From Candidatus Latescibacterota bacterium (GTDB lineage: Bacteria; Latescibacterota; UBA2968; UBA8231), in assembly GCA_965215195.1 (NCBI GenBank), contig CBDCDC010000001.1, forward strand, positions 96,001-160,000: a stretch of 64,000 nt of DNA, given 5' to 3'. Of this stretch, positions 54,626 through 64,000 are shown one piece after another. Position numbers and translations under genes: made by a program. Positions within the stretch are counted from its first letter, which is position 1, and each line of letters starts with the position of its first letter. The notes below the pieces were generated by a model. It saw only the letters and a list, made by a program, of their open reading frames with translations, searched no databases and had not been told where the DNA came from.

Positions 54626-56978
54626 AGGTTTTCTCTCCATACAGCCCCACCGGGCTAGGTACGTGGTTGGCGGGAACCAGCAACAAGGGCAAGCCATTGT
54701 GCTGGAGACGAAAGTGCAGGTAGTCGAGTTCCGGGGTGGGCTGCGCGGTGAGGCCCAACAGCCGCGGGCGCAAAAGCGCGGACGAAAACAGCTTGGGCCG
54801 GGGCCGCTCCATCAGCTCGACGGTCGCGTCCGCCGGCAGCCCGATCTTTTCCTTGGCGAGCGCGATGGCCACTTCGAGACCGCCGATCCGGTCGGCGAGG
54901 CCGAGCTGCACGGCGCGCTGGCCGCTCCAGACGCGGCCTTGGGCCATGACTTCGACCGAGTCCGGCGCGAGGTGGCGACTGCTGGCTACCTCGGCGACAA
55001 AGTCCGCGTACAGCGAGCGGATGGTGTGCTCCATGCGCGCACTTTCGTCTTCAGTGAAGGTGCGGTCTGGCAAGCGCAGGCCGAGCAGGGGCAGGGTCAT
55101 GCCAAACGGCAAATCCGCGTGGCGACCCACCTGTACGCGGCTCGTGCTCAAGCCGAGCTTTTCCTTGAGCCCTTTGTTATAAGCCCAGCCGGCAATGACC
55201 CCAATCGAGCCAGTGATGGTGTTGGGCGCGGTGACGATCGCATCGCCGGGCAGCGAGAGCATGTACCCGCCCGAAGCCGCGAGATAGCCCTGCGAGACGA
55301 CGACCGGCTTGTGCTCGCGGCATTGCAGCACGGCATCGGCCACGAGGGCCGAGGGCAGGATGTCGCCGCCCGGAGAATCGACGCGCAGCACCACCGCGTC
55401 CGCTTCCGCGCAGGCCGCGGCAATTTCGCCGACGAGCCGGCGCGCACCCATGCCGGCGTCCATGGCGCAGAGGCCGAGCGCATAGACGATGGCAATGCGC
55501 TTGCGCTGCCCCCAGCGCCGGTCGGCTAGCTGGGCGTACGAATCGGCCGCGACGACCTCGAAGCCTTCGACCATGCGGTCGATTTCGCTCCAGCGTCCGA
55601 GGCGATCCACTAAGCCGGCGTCGAGGGCTTCTTGCGGCAAAAAGAACGCGGTCTCTTCCACGAGACGGTCGAAGTGCTCGGGCGCAAGCGAGCGATCCGC
55701 GCTGATGTCGCCCCGGGCGAGGGCGTACCAGTCGTCGAGCAGGGCCGTTAGCTGCTCGCGCTCGCCTGCGGACATGTCGCGGCGGACGTATGCTTCGGTC
55801 GCGGACTTGTACGGGAAAAGCCGCCACTCGTCAAAGCCGATCCCGAGCTTGTCCAGCGCATCCTTGAAGTACGTGTGCCCCGCCACATAACCCTGCAAGC
55901 CGACCGCGCCAGCCGGGTCCAGCACCAAGTGATCGGCCACCGAAGCCCAGTGATAGCCGTGCATGTCAACGCGGTCGATGTACACCACGACCCGCTGCCC
56001 CCCGGCGCGGATCTGGCGCAGCTTCTCCCGCAGCTCCCAGCCGAGCGCCGGGCTAATCCGCAGGCCCGAAGCATTGATGGCAAGGCCCTCAATCGCTGGA
56101 TCGCGGCGTGCGCGTTCCAACAAAGCGATGAGCTCGAGCAGGCTCTGCGAGTCGTCGAAGAAAGCAAAGCGGCGGTGTTGCACCGGCCCGGATAACTCCA
56201 GCGACAGGTAGCGCGCCCGCGGCCGGAACAGGTTCCCTCGCTGTGCTCCGAGGCGCGCCGCATACGTCTGCAAGGCGCGTCCCCGCGTCTGCGCTTGGAA
56301 ATCGGCTGCGCCCAGCCCGAGGCGCAAGCCAACGCTCAGGGCGCGATCTGCGAACAAGCGCCCGGTCAGCGCCAGCCCCGGCACTAACTCGACAACGGCT
56401 CCGGTGCTCCAGAAATTGGCCCGGCCAACTTCCGTTTGATTCACCTGACGCCGGAGCAGCTCATCGCTGGTGCGGACGTAGGCCGCATACAAGGTTAGCC
56501 GCTCGTCGCTCCAAGGCCGCAGGGCTAGGTCGAAAGATCCTTCGCGGGCCGCTTCCGCAAAGGCAAAGGTGGCCCCCACAGAAAGGGCCGGCCCGGGCCG
56601 CCAAATCCCCCCGACAACAACGTGCCGCCCGCTTCCCCATCCCATGCCCACCCCGAGGCTGAAGTCGCGGTCGCCGGTGCTGAGTCCAGCCCGGTACTCG
56701 CGGGCGCGGCGGCCGTTTATTATCCCAAATCCCAAATGGGGCACGGCCGTGAAAAGGCCCCACGAATGGACGGTGCTGCTGTCCGACCAAGCGACCCCCT
56801 GTTCCAAACCCTCGACATAGCTGAGCAGCGCGGGATTGGCGTAGCCGTAGAGGCCGATGTCGAGCGCACCAGAAGGGGCGAGGGCGAATTCTCTGCGCTC
56901 GGCATAGGAGATAAACGGGGATTGGGCGTTTACCGCGCTTGCGGCGAGGAGGCAGCAGAGGAATTGGAACGAGCGCAT
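54618..56978 (-). CDS. sppA: S49/SppA protease fused to an N-terminal beta-rich domain
   Basis: Signal peptide; YKSA, LRVDSPGG, AASGGY, TITGSIGV, GRVWSG..LGLADRIGG. Confidence 0.85.
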   Translation of the reverse strand: MRSFQFLCCLLAASAVNAQSPFISYAERREFALAPSGALDIGLYGYANPALLSYVEGLEQGVAWSDSSTVHSWGLFTAVPHLGFGIINGRRAREYRAGLSTGDRDFSLGVGMGWGSGRHVVVGGIWRPGPALSVGATFAFAEAAREGSFDLALRPWSDERLTLYAAYVRTSDELLRRQVNQTEVGRANFWSTGAVVELVPGLALTGRLFADRALSVGLRLGLGAADFQAQTRGRALQTYAARLGAQRGNLFRPRARYLSLELSGPVQHRRFAFFDDSQSLLELIALLERARRDPAIEGLAINASGLRISPALGWELREKLRQIRAGGQRVVVYIDRVDMHGYHWASVADHLVLDPAGAVGLQGYVAGHTYFKDALDKLGIGFDEWRLFPYKSATEAYVRRDMSAGEREQLTALLDDWYALARGDISADRSLAPEHFDRLVEETAFFLPQEALDAGLVDRLGRWSEIDRMVEGFEVVAADSYAQLADRRWGQRKRIAIVYALGLCAMDAGMGARRLVGEIAAACAEADAVVLRVDSPGGDILPSALVADAVLQCREHKPVVVSQGYLAASGGYMLSLPGDAIVTAPNTITGSIGVIAGWAYNKGLKEKLGLSTSRVQVGRHADLPFGMTLPLLGLRLPDRTFTEDESARMEHTIRSLYADFVAEVASSRHLAPDSVEVMAQGRVWSGQRAVQLGLADRIGGLEVAIALAKEKIGLPADATVELMERPRPKLFSSALLRPRLLGLTAQPTPELDYLHFRLQHNGLPLLLVPANHVPSPVGLYGEKTYE

Positions 56979-57085
56979 AGGCAATGTCGAAACCGTGTTA
57001 CCTTTCTTCCTGAGACGCCGTTCCGACATCTCAAGGTGCTTTGCGTCAGCTACTTCTTTGGTGGCGAGGCAACGATTGAAGATGC

Positions 57086-58273
57086 TTAGCCCCTCTCAAA
57101 TTCAGGCATGGTGCGCCGCATAAAGTCATCAAACAAGGGAACAGTAAACGCCAAGTAGCCGTGCGCCGGGCTGTAGATCATGCCCTTGTTGATGAGTTTC
57201 GCCCGGGTTGGCCCGATGCTGTTGATTTTTACCGACAAGCACTCTGCGATCTCACTGCCGCGTTGCGCTCCGCGGCCAAGTTCCGCCATGACGCGGAGAA
57301 ACCGCTTCTCCCTCGGAGTTAGGCGGCTAAAGCGAACTCGAAAAAAATTCTCGTCAAGACGCTTGGTTACGGTCGCGAAAGCGTCTTGCACGACCGCCAA
57401 GCTGATCGGCGAGACTTCGGCCCGGTTCCAAGCTTGATAACCCCATTCTTGGAGAAAGTAGGGATAGCCTTGAGTGAGACGGTATATTTCCCGGATAGCG
57501 GCTTCGTCGAACTCGACTCTGTATTGTTTGACGGGGTCTTGCAAGGCCCTGCTGGTATCCGACTCGGAAAGTGCGCCAACGTCGGGAAAACTGAATAACC
57601 GCTCAGCATACGATTTGGACTCGCCCGCTAAACCCGGCAGGATGGGGAGGCCGGCGCCCAGCAACACCAATGGCAGTTGGCGCTGCTGCATCCTGTGCAT
57701 GGACATGATGAGTGCGCCGAGTTCCTTTTTATTCAGATACTGTATCTCGTCGATCATGACAGCTAGGCAGGTCCCCTGTTCTGCCGCCGCTTCTGCCGCT
57801 GCCGCAAACAAATCAGGCAGGTCAATTTCGAGGTCGCCGCTGTCTGCGGTCCCCTTCTCCGCATCGATGTCCAGCCCCAATTCTATCCCTTCCATCCTGA
57901 TACTGATCGTCCCGAAAAAGCCTTTGAGAACCGCCAAAGCTTGACGCGCCTTGTGTCCCGCGCCTGCCAGCCGATCCAGTTTATACAGCAGTTGGCGCAA
58001 AGGAGGGGCCAGTAGCGCCCCTAACGGCTTTTGTTCGTGGGCTTCGACGAGAAGCGTACGATATCCGTCCGCTTGGGCGGTTCGTTCCATTTCGTTGAGC
58101 AAGACGGTTTTGCCCACGCCGCGCAATCCCGTCAGCAGGATGCTCTTTTCGGGCCGGCGTTGCTTGATTCGGCCTAGTAGAATGCGAGCTTGATCAAGCA
58201 CATCGTCTCTGCCGACGAGTTCAGGAGGGGGTGCTCCAGCACCGGGTGAAAAAGGGTTTTTTATGGGGTCCAT
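57086..58273 (-). CDS. AAA ATPase (AAA_16-like) with C-terminal winged helix
   Basis: NPFSPGAG..LVGR, GLRGVGKT, IDEIQ, TQGYPYFLQ, RAKLINKGMIY..FTVPLF. Confidence 0.88.
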   Translation of the reverse strand: MDPIKNPFSPGAGAPPPELVGRDDVLDQARILLGRIKQRRPEKSILLTGLRGVGKTVLLNEMERTAQADGYRTLLVEAHEQKPLGALLAPPLRQLLYKLDRLAGAGHKARQALAVLKGFFGTISIRMEGIELGLDIDAEKGTADSGDLEIDLPDLFAAAAEAAAEQGTCLAVMIDEIQYLNKKELGALIMSMHRMQQRQLPLVLLGAGLPILPGLAGESKSYAERLFSFPDVGALSESDTSRALQDPVKQYRVEFDEAAIREIYRLTQGYPYFLQEWGYQAWNRAEVSPISLAVVQDAFATVTKRLDENFFRVRFSRLTPREKRFLRVMAELGRGAQRGSEIAECLSVKINSIGPTRAKLINKGMIYSPAHGYLAFTVPLFDDFMRRTMPEFERG

Positions 58274-58280
58274 GAACGCT

Positions 58281-58350
58281 GTTCTATCTATTTATACCTA
58301 TTTCTATCTATTTATACGTATCTATACCATATTATACCATATTATATCAC
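58281..58350. repeat. AT-rich 10-bp-period repeat array upstream of the ATPase
   Basis: gttctatcta tttataccta tttctatcta tttatacgta tctataccat attataccat attatatcac. Confidence 0.8.
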
Positions 58351-58395
58351 TAAACAAGTAGACTTTAGTAGATTTCCTGCTAACTAAGATGCCTC

Positions 58396-59019
58396 TTACG
58401 CTTCCTCGACAAACAAGCGCAAATCCCCTTTGCCCTTCCGCAACACCTCGGCTTGATCCCCCACCAACGACACCACGCTCGAAGCCTCCACCGGCAGCGG
58501 CCCGCACTCCAAGATCAAATCCACCTGCGGCCCTAACTCTTCCTCCAAGGCCCACGGCTCGGTCAGCACCTCTTGATCGGCGTAGTTGGCGCTGGTGCTC
58601 AGGATGGGTTGGCCGAGGGTGCGGACCAAGGCCAGCGGCACCGGGTGATCGGGAATTCGCAGGCCGACGGTCTTCTGTTTGGTTTGCAGGATGCGCGGCG
58701 TCTGGCGGGTGGCCGGCAGGACGAAGGTGTACGCGCCCGGCAGGCAGTGCTTGAGGATGCGGTAGGCGTAGTTGGAGACGCGGGCGTAGTCGCTGATGTG
58801 GGTCAGGTCGGCGCACACAAAGGACATGGGCTTTTTGCGGTCGCGGCCCTTGATGCGCTGCACGCGCTCAATCGCCTGCTTGTTGGTGATGTCGCAGCCG
58901 AGGCCGTAGATCGTATCGGTGGGATAGACGATGACGCCGCCTTGGCGCAGCACCTCGGCGGCGCGCTGAATGTGGCGGCCTTTGAGGCGGTCGGGATGGA
59001 CGGTCAGTACTTGGGTCAT
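58396..59019 (-). CDS. Sua5/YrdC/YciO family threonylcarbamoyl-AMP synthase-like protein
   Basis: YPTDTIYGL, IKGR, LPGAYTF, VGLRIP, STSAN. Confidence 0.92.
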   Translation of the reverse strand: MTQVLTVHPDRLKGRHIQRAAEVLRQGGVIVYPTDTIYGLGCDITNKQAIERVQRIKGRDRKKPMSFVCADLTHISDYARVSNYAYRILKHCLPGAYTFVLPATRQTPRILQTKQKTVGLRIPDHPVPLALVRTLGQPILSTSANYADQEVLTEPWALEEELGPQVDLILECGPLPVEASSVVSLVGDQAEVLRKGKGDLRLFVEEA

Positions 59020-59754
59020 CTAACGCTCCTCGTCGATTTTGGCGACCCACGCATCAACGACAGCCGCGATCATGGCGCGGCCGTGCTCGGCGTTGGCCGT
59101 GTAGCTGTTTTGCGCGTCGTCTTGCTGGCAGTACCAAGGCGGGTCGTCGCCGAGGCAGTCTTGCTCCACGAGCTCGGGGTGTGCGGCGAGCAGGAAGGAG
59201 GTCTCGTTGTACCCGGCGTGATCGCCCCCGGCCGGGGGACTTGATTCCGGGAGGATCATGGGCTGCACTTCGATGCGCCCGCCCCAAGCGCCGGCCCGGT
59301 CGAGCGCGTCGCGGTCGCCCCACCAGCCGCGTGGGTGCCCCGCGGCCAGCACCTGCTCAAACGCCAGCTCGGCCGCGGCCTTGCTAAAGGCCAAGGCGAG
59401 GGGCCCGCCCATGCCTTGGTGCATGATGATGACGTAGGTCTTGCGGAAGCCCATCTCGAGAAAGTTGCACAAGATGCTCTTGGCCAAGCGGCCAAAGGCG
59501 TCGTAGTCCGGGTCGATGGTCCCGTCGGCAGGGCCGCCGAGGGCATAGCCGGTGGGACCGTAGTCAAACGACGGGGCAATAACGCAAGCGGTGCGTGCGG
59601 CCACGCGGTCGCAGATCGCCTCGACGATGAGGGTGTCGTGGCCGATGGCCATGTGCGGGCCGTGGGTTTCGATGCAGCCGGCCGGCACCAGCAGGGGATG
59701 CCCTTGGGCCACCGCATCTGCAAGTTGGTCGGGACGCAGGTGCTTGAGGTACAT
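59020..59754 (-). CDS. Creatininase family protein
   Basis: GCIETHGPHMAIGHD, HQG, DHAGYNETS. Confidence 0.85.
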   Translation of the reverse strand: MYLKHLRPDQLADAVAQGHPLLVPAGCIETHGPHMAIGHDTLIVEAICDRVAARTACVIAPSFDYGPTGYALGGPADGTIDPDYDAFGRLAKSILCNFLEMGFRKTYVIIMHQGMGGPLALAFSKAAAELAFEQVLAAGHPRGWWGDRDALDRAGAWGGRIEVQPMILPESSPPAGGDHAGYNETSFLLAAHPELVEQDCLGDDPPWYCQQDDAQNSYTANAEHGRAMIAAVVDAWVAKIDEER

Positions 59755-59833
59755 GGATAAGTTCCTTGTTGTGTGCGCGGAATTGGACATAATATAGGTC
59801 AGGAAGAGCACCTCAACATAGGATATTGAGCAG

Positions 59834-61735
59834 ATGGCGCACACTGTTATTGGCACGGCTGGGCACATTGACCACGGCAAAACCCTGTTGGTCAAGGCCC
59901 TGACCGGCATGGATACCGATCAGGCCCCGGAAGAGCGGGCGCGGGGGATTACCATTGAACTCGGCTTTGCCTTTTTGGGGGATCAAGCCACCATCATCGA
60001 CGTGCCCGGGCACGAGCGCTTCGTCAAGACCATGGTGGCCGGCGTCAGCACCATTGACGTGGCCATGCTGGTCATTGCCGCGGACGATGGGGTGATGCCG
60101 CAGTCGCGGGAGCATGTCGACGTGTTGCGGCTCTTGGGGGTCGAGCGCGGGGTGGTGGTGATCAACAAGGCCGACTTGGTAGAAGAGGAGTGGTTGGACT
60201 TGGTAGAGGAGGAGGTGCGGGAGTTTGTGCGCGGGACTTTTTTGGCGCAGGCCGACATATTTCGCGTCTCCGCGCTCAGCGGCGCGGGCATTGACCCGCT
60301 GCGGCAGCGGCTGTTGGCCATGGTCGAAGGCACTGTGGCCAAGCGCACGGACGCGCCGTTCCGCCTGCCGGTAGATCGGGCCTTTGGGGTCAAGGGCTTT
60401 GGCCTCGTCTGTACGGGCACGGTGCAGGCCGGGGCCTTGGCCGAGGGCGACCGCGTCGAGATCGCGCCCGAGGGTCGGTTGGCGCGCGTACGTCGCTTGC
60501 AACAGCACGGCGCAACAGTACAAGCGGTGCGGGCCGGCGACCGCGCCGCGATCAATTTGGCCGGCGTGGAGCAAGACCAAATCGTGCGCGGCCACTCGCT
60601 GGTCGCGCCCGGATTTTTCCGCCCCACTCAGATGCTAGACGCCCAAGTGCAGCTCCTCGCCTCAAGCCCCATGACTATGGCGTCGCGCACCCGCGTGCGC
60701 CTGCACTTGGGTACGCGGGAGATTATGGCGCGGGTCGTCCTCCCCGGTGGCAAGCCCTTGACGCCCGGGCAGGAGGGTTTCGCCCAGCTTCGCTTGGAGG
60801 CCCCGGTAGTTGCGGCGTGGAGCGACCGCTTTGTGCTGCGGCGGTACTCGCCGGCCCTGACCATTGGCGGCGGCCGCGTGCTCAACCCGCACCCGGCCAA
60901 ACACCGGCGCTTTGAGCCCGCGTTGCTGGCGCATTTGCAGGCGTTGGCCAGCGCCGATCTGCCCGAAGTAGTAGAGTGCTGGCTCGGCTACGCGGACGAC
61001 CGGCTCAAGAGCCAGCAGGCGCTGGCTGGCGAGATGGGCCTTGGCGTGGAGCGGTTGGCGCGCTGGACGGACGCGCTCGTAGCGGCTGGCCGCGCGGTGC
61101 GCGTGGTGTCCGAGGGGCAACCGCACGTTTTGCATTTGGACGTGTGCGAGCACTGGGGCGCGCAGATTGAGGCCGCGCTCGCCCGCTTTCACCGCGCCCA
61201 GCCGCTCAAGTTGGGATTGCCGCGCGAAGAACTGCGCAATTTGAGCGCGCGCTACATCCAGCCCGAATTGTTCGACTGCGTGTTGCGCTACTTGGAGGAA
61301 GCGGGGCGGATCGCGCTGGACGGGGCCGTAGTGAGGGCTGGGTCGCACCGCATTTGCTTCACCCCGGAGCAAGAGGTGCTGCGGGCGGCAGTGGAGGCGC
61401 GGCTCAACAGCGGGAATTTTGCCGACTTGCCTGCGATGGCCGAGCTAGCCCAAGCCCTCGACGCCCCACTGCCGCAGGTCGCGGACCTGGTCCAAGCACT
61501 GCAAGCACTGGGGGTAGTGGTCGCGTTGGAGGGGGGCTTGCTGATCCATTGCGAGGGGCTCGCCCGCGCACGGACGCTGCTGAGCGACTTTCTAGAGCGC
61601 GATGGCGAGATCGCAGTAGCCGAATTCCGCACGCTGATTGGCAGCAATCGCAAATGCGCCATGGCGCTTTTGGGCCACTTCGACGCCGAGGGCCTGACGG
61701 CGCGGCGGGGAGATGTGCGGGTTTGGGTGGGTTGA
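59834..61735 (+). CDS. selB: Selenocysteine-specific elongation factor
   Basis: [33 protein letters not shown]-terminal winged helices ending NRK...L.HFD....RRGDVR. Confidence 0.96.
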   Translation: MAHTVIGTAGHIDHGKTLLVKALTGMDTDQAPEERARGITIELGFAFLGDQATIIDVPGHERFVKTMVAGVSTIDVAMLVIAADDGVMPQSREHVDVLRLLGVERGVVVINKADLVEEEWLDLVEEEVREFVRGTFLAQADIFRVSALSGAGIDPLRQRLLAMVEGTVAKRTDAPFRLPVDRAFGVKGFGLVCTGTVQAGALAEGDRVEIAPEGRLARVRRLQQHGATVQAVRAGDRAAINLAGVEQDQIVRGHSLVAPGFFRPTQMLDAQVQLLASSPMTMASRTRVRLHLGTREIMARVVLPGGKPLTPGQEGFAQLRLEAPVVAAWSDRFVLRRYSPALTIGGGRVLNPHPAKHRRFEPALLAHLQALASADLPEVVECWLGYADDRLKSQQALAGEMGLGVERLARWTDALVAAGRAVRVVSEGQPHVLHLDVCEHWGAQIEAALARFHRAQPLKLGLPREELRNLSARYIQPELFDCVLRYLEEAGRIALDGAVVRAGSHRICFTPEQEVLRAAVEARLNSGNFADLPAMAELAQALDAPLPQVADLVQALQALGVVVALEGGLLIHCEGLARARTLLSDFLERDGEIAVAEFRTLIGSNRKCAMALLGHFDAEGLTARRGDVRVWVG

Positions 61736-61789
61736 TCCTGCGGCCGATTGGTGGAGTCTCAGGTACGCGTAGCAAGGGATAATACGGCT

Positions 61790-64000
61790 TTGAATGTTAT
61801 TTGGTTAGACGACCCTGCAAGCGGCAAGAGGGAACTGGTAGGCGGTAAAGCGGCTAACCTCAGCCAGCTACATAGCGGCGGACAAGTGCCGCTTGGTTTT
61901 TGTATCACCGCCAGTGCTACGGCGAAGGTGATGCCGCTGCGGAATGGTGCTGTGCTGCCTCCCGACCTTTATGCGGAGATCGAAACCGCGTACGCGGAAC
62001 TGGGTGCTCGCTGCAAAACCCCCGAGCCGGCCGTGGCGATCCGATCCTCGGCGGTGGCGGAGGATGGTGCGGTTCATTCCTTTGCCGGCCAATATCAGAC
62101 CCTATTAAATGTCGTGGGCGTGGCGGCCGTGGCGGCCGCGGTAGTTGAGTGCCTAGAGGCCGCGTACCAGCCCCATGTAGCTGCCTACCGCAAGCGCTCG
62201 GGAACCAGTGCAGACGAGGTGAATCTGGCCCTTCTCGTGCAGGAGTTCATCGCCGCAGACGCTTCGGCGGTCGCGTTTACCGCCAACCCGGTCACCAACG
62301 ACCCAAGCGAGATCGTCATCAATGCCTATTGGGGGTTGGGAGAAGGGCTGGTCGATGGCAGTTCGGTTCCCGACACGTACACCGTGGACAAACGGGAGTT
62401 GTGGATCAAGACGCGGAGCGTGGCCAAGAAAGAGCGGATGTGCGCCGCTGGATCTGCTGGCACGATTGCAATAGACGTGCCAGCAGCCAATCGTTGGCGG
62501 CCAACGCTAACCGACGATCAGGTCGCCGAGATCTGCCGTAGCGCGGTTGACTTAGAGACTCGGATGGGATGGCCCGTTGACTTGGAATGCGCTTTTAAGG
62601 ATGGAAAGCTGTATTTGCTCCAATGCCGCCCGGTGACCACCCTCGCGGGGCGCGAGGAAGATTGGTCGGTGGAATGGGACGATCCCCAAGATGCCGAATT
62701 GACGTGGCGCAGGGGCAACCTGCAAGCACCACTCGATCAGTCGTTTGAATGGTATTGGATGCAGGGTTGGGCGAAAGCGCGGCGAGAGACGGGCAGCGGC
62801 ACAATACCCATGCGCATCTATGTGAACGGCTACGCATACGAGGCGGAAAAACCCTTCAGGATCGGCAACCGCAAGGCGCAAGAGAACGCTCGCAAAAAAA
62901 CGGAGCGCGAGATACCTGAACTCTGGAGAAGTGAATGGCTACCCGGACTCAAGCGGAAGCGGGCTTATTTCCGCAGCTTGGACCTGTCGGCACTGCCCAA
63001 CGACGAGTTAGCCAGCGTACTGGTCGAAGCACTGCCTTGGTATTGCGAATGCGCGAGAATGCACGCGCATTTGGGCGGGACGGCGGTTGAGGCCGTTGGG
63101 CACTTGGTGCAGTGGTATGGCAAACGGTTCCCCGATGCCGCAGAAAGCGAACCCTACCGATTGGTGCAGGGTCAGTCAAATTTGAGCGTTGAGAAAGGAC
63201 ACCTCTTGTGGCAGTTGCAACAGCACCTTACTCCCGCCAACGAGGAGCTTCTAAGGGCTGCCTTGCAGTCGCGCAAGAAGCAGGGCCGATGGGACGGGCT
63301 TGAGGGGTCCTTCAAAGAGGTTTTCGACCGGTATTTAGCAACCTATTGGAAAGACTCGCCGGAATTTCTCGCCTCCTTGGTCCTCAAATACGCCGAGCAG
63401 GGCGTGGAAGACCCGCACGTGAAATTGCGCCAACTGGCGGCAGAGCGGGAGCAATTCACCGCGCAGGTGCGCTCGCTATTAAAAAAGCAGGAACGCGAGA
63501 TTTTCGAGGAGCTTTTGCAGGTAGCGCTGGCCAATTATCCGCTTACTGAGGACCACAACTACTGGGTCGATGGGATCGCCGCGCATTACATATTTCCGCT
63601 TTTCGATGAACTAGGCCGCCGAATGATCAAAGGCGGCATCCTCAGCAAGAAGCGGAGTGATATCAACTACTTGGAACTGAACGAAATCATCCTCTGGGGA
63701 TTCGGCGTACGTCAGCCGTTGCGCGCGCGAGTCGTCGAACGCCAACGGGAATTTAATCGACGGTTGCAACTGTCGCCGCCAGATTTCCTCGGTGCTTGCG
63801 AAGAGCCGCCGGTCAAAGAGGAAAATTACTTATTTTGGGGCCCCTCGACTCCATTCGCGGCACCAAAGGGAGAGGTGCGTGGAGTAGGGGCTTCTCCGGG
63901 GATTGTCAGGGGGCGTGCGCACGTGGCCGTGAATCTGGACAAGGCATTAGAACTACAGCCGGGAGAAATTTTGCTCTGTAGTACGACCAGTCCCCAGTGG
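61790..64000 (+). CDS. PEP-utilising dikinase with ATP-grasp / central / swivel domain order (rifampin phosphotransferase-like architecture), runs off the window
   Basis: Not in the ORF track; TTG start after AAGGGA; VGGKAANL, RSSAVAEDG..SFAGQY, GLGEGLVDG, DLECA..LLQCRPVT, then GVGASPGIVRGRA..GEIL..TTSPQW in the same frame at the edge. Confidence 0.88.
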   Translation, partial: MNVIWLDDPASGKRELVGGKAANLSQLHSGGQVPLGFCITASATAKVMPLRNGAVLPPDLYAEIETAYAELGARCKTPEPAVAIRSSAVAEDGAVHSFAGQYQTLLNVVGVAAVAAAVVECLEAAYQPHVAAYRKRSGTSADEVNLALLVQEFIAADASAVAFTANPVTNDPSEIVINAYWGLGEGLVDGSSVPDTYTVDKRELWIKTRSVAKKERMCAAGSAGTIAIDVPAANRWRPTLTDDQVAEICRSAVDLETRMGWPVDLECAFKDGKLYLLQCRPVTTLAGREEDWSVEWDDPQDAELTWRRGNLQAPLDQSFEWYWMQGWAKARRETGSGTIPMRIYVNGYAYEAEKPFRIGNRKAQENARKKTEREIPELWRSEWLPGLKRKRAYFRSLDLSALPNDELASVLVEALPWYCECARMHAHLGGTAVEAVGHLVQWYGKRFPDAAESEPYRLVQGQSNLSVEKGHLLWQLQQHLTPANEELLRAALQSRKKQGRWDGLEGSFKEVFDRYLATYWKDSPEFLASLVLKYAEQGVEDPHVKLRQLAAEREQFTAQVRSLLKKQEREIFEELLQVALANYPLTEDHNYWVDGIAAHYIFPLFDELGRRMIKGGILSKKRSDINYLELNEIILWGFGVRQPLRARVVERQREFNRRLQLSPPDFLGACEEPPVKEENYLFWGPSTPFAAPKGEVRGVGASPGIVRGRAHVAVNLDKALELQPGEILLCSTTSPQW

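Overview
GC-rich bacterial chromosomal window. The 'D(F)DDFFL.AD.FG' EF-hand/dockerin-like proteins, Uma2, PhyH, Gfo and DUF2723 content suggest the FCB superphylum, probably Ca. Latescibacterota (inference only). The housekeeping backbone includes tRNA-Ile2, dnaG, rho-rpmE-DUF1385-prfA-prmC-radA, recA, hpt, tRNA-Val, a D-Ala-D-Ala carboxypeptidase, a DUF2723-GT2-NamZ-YqgE operon, a double-length uvrA, thpR, an SppA fusion, a Sua5/YrdC protein, selB and a PEP-utilising kinase running off the end. Accessory, mostly lower-GC patches interrupt it: a decayed island at tRNA-Val with two paralogous His-motif proteins; Uma2 plus HNH upstream of uvrA; a Type IIG R-M enzyme followed by an AAA/DUF3226 pair; HicBA with a disabled toxin; an m5C methyltransferase with an internally deleted partner; and an AAA-wHTH ATPase. 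Best leads: (1) a candidate SOS/LexA box shared by recA and uvrA, with the uvrA promoter duplicated in front of an inserted Uma2 nuclease; (2) strong CCWGG depletion with excess CTAGG/CCTAG in host genes but not in foreign genes; (3) the uncharacterised four-His paralog pair; (4) two FN3-like/dockerin-like surface proteins with permuted domain placement. No CRISPR array or rRNA seen. All counts were made by eye.
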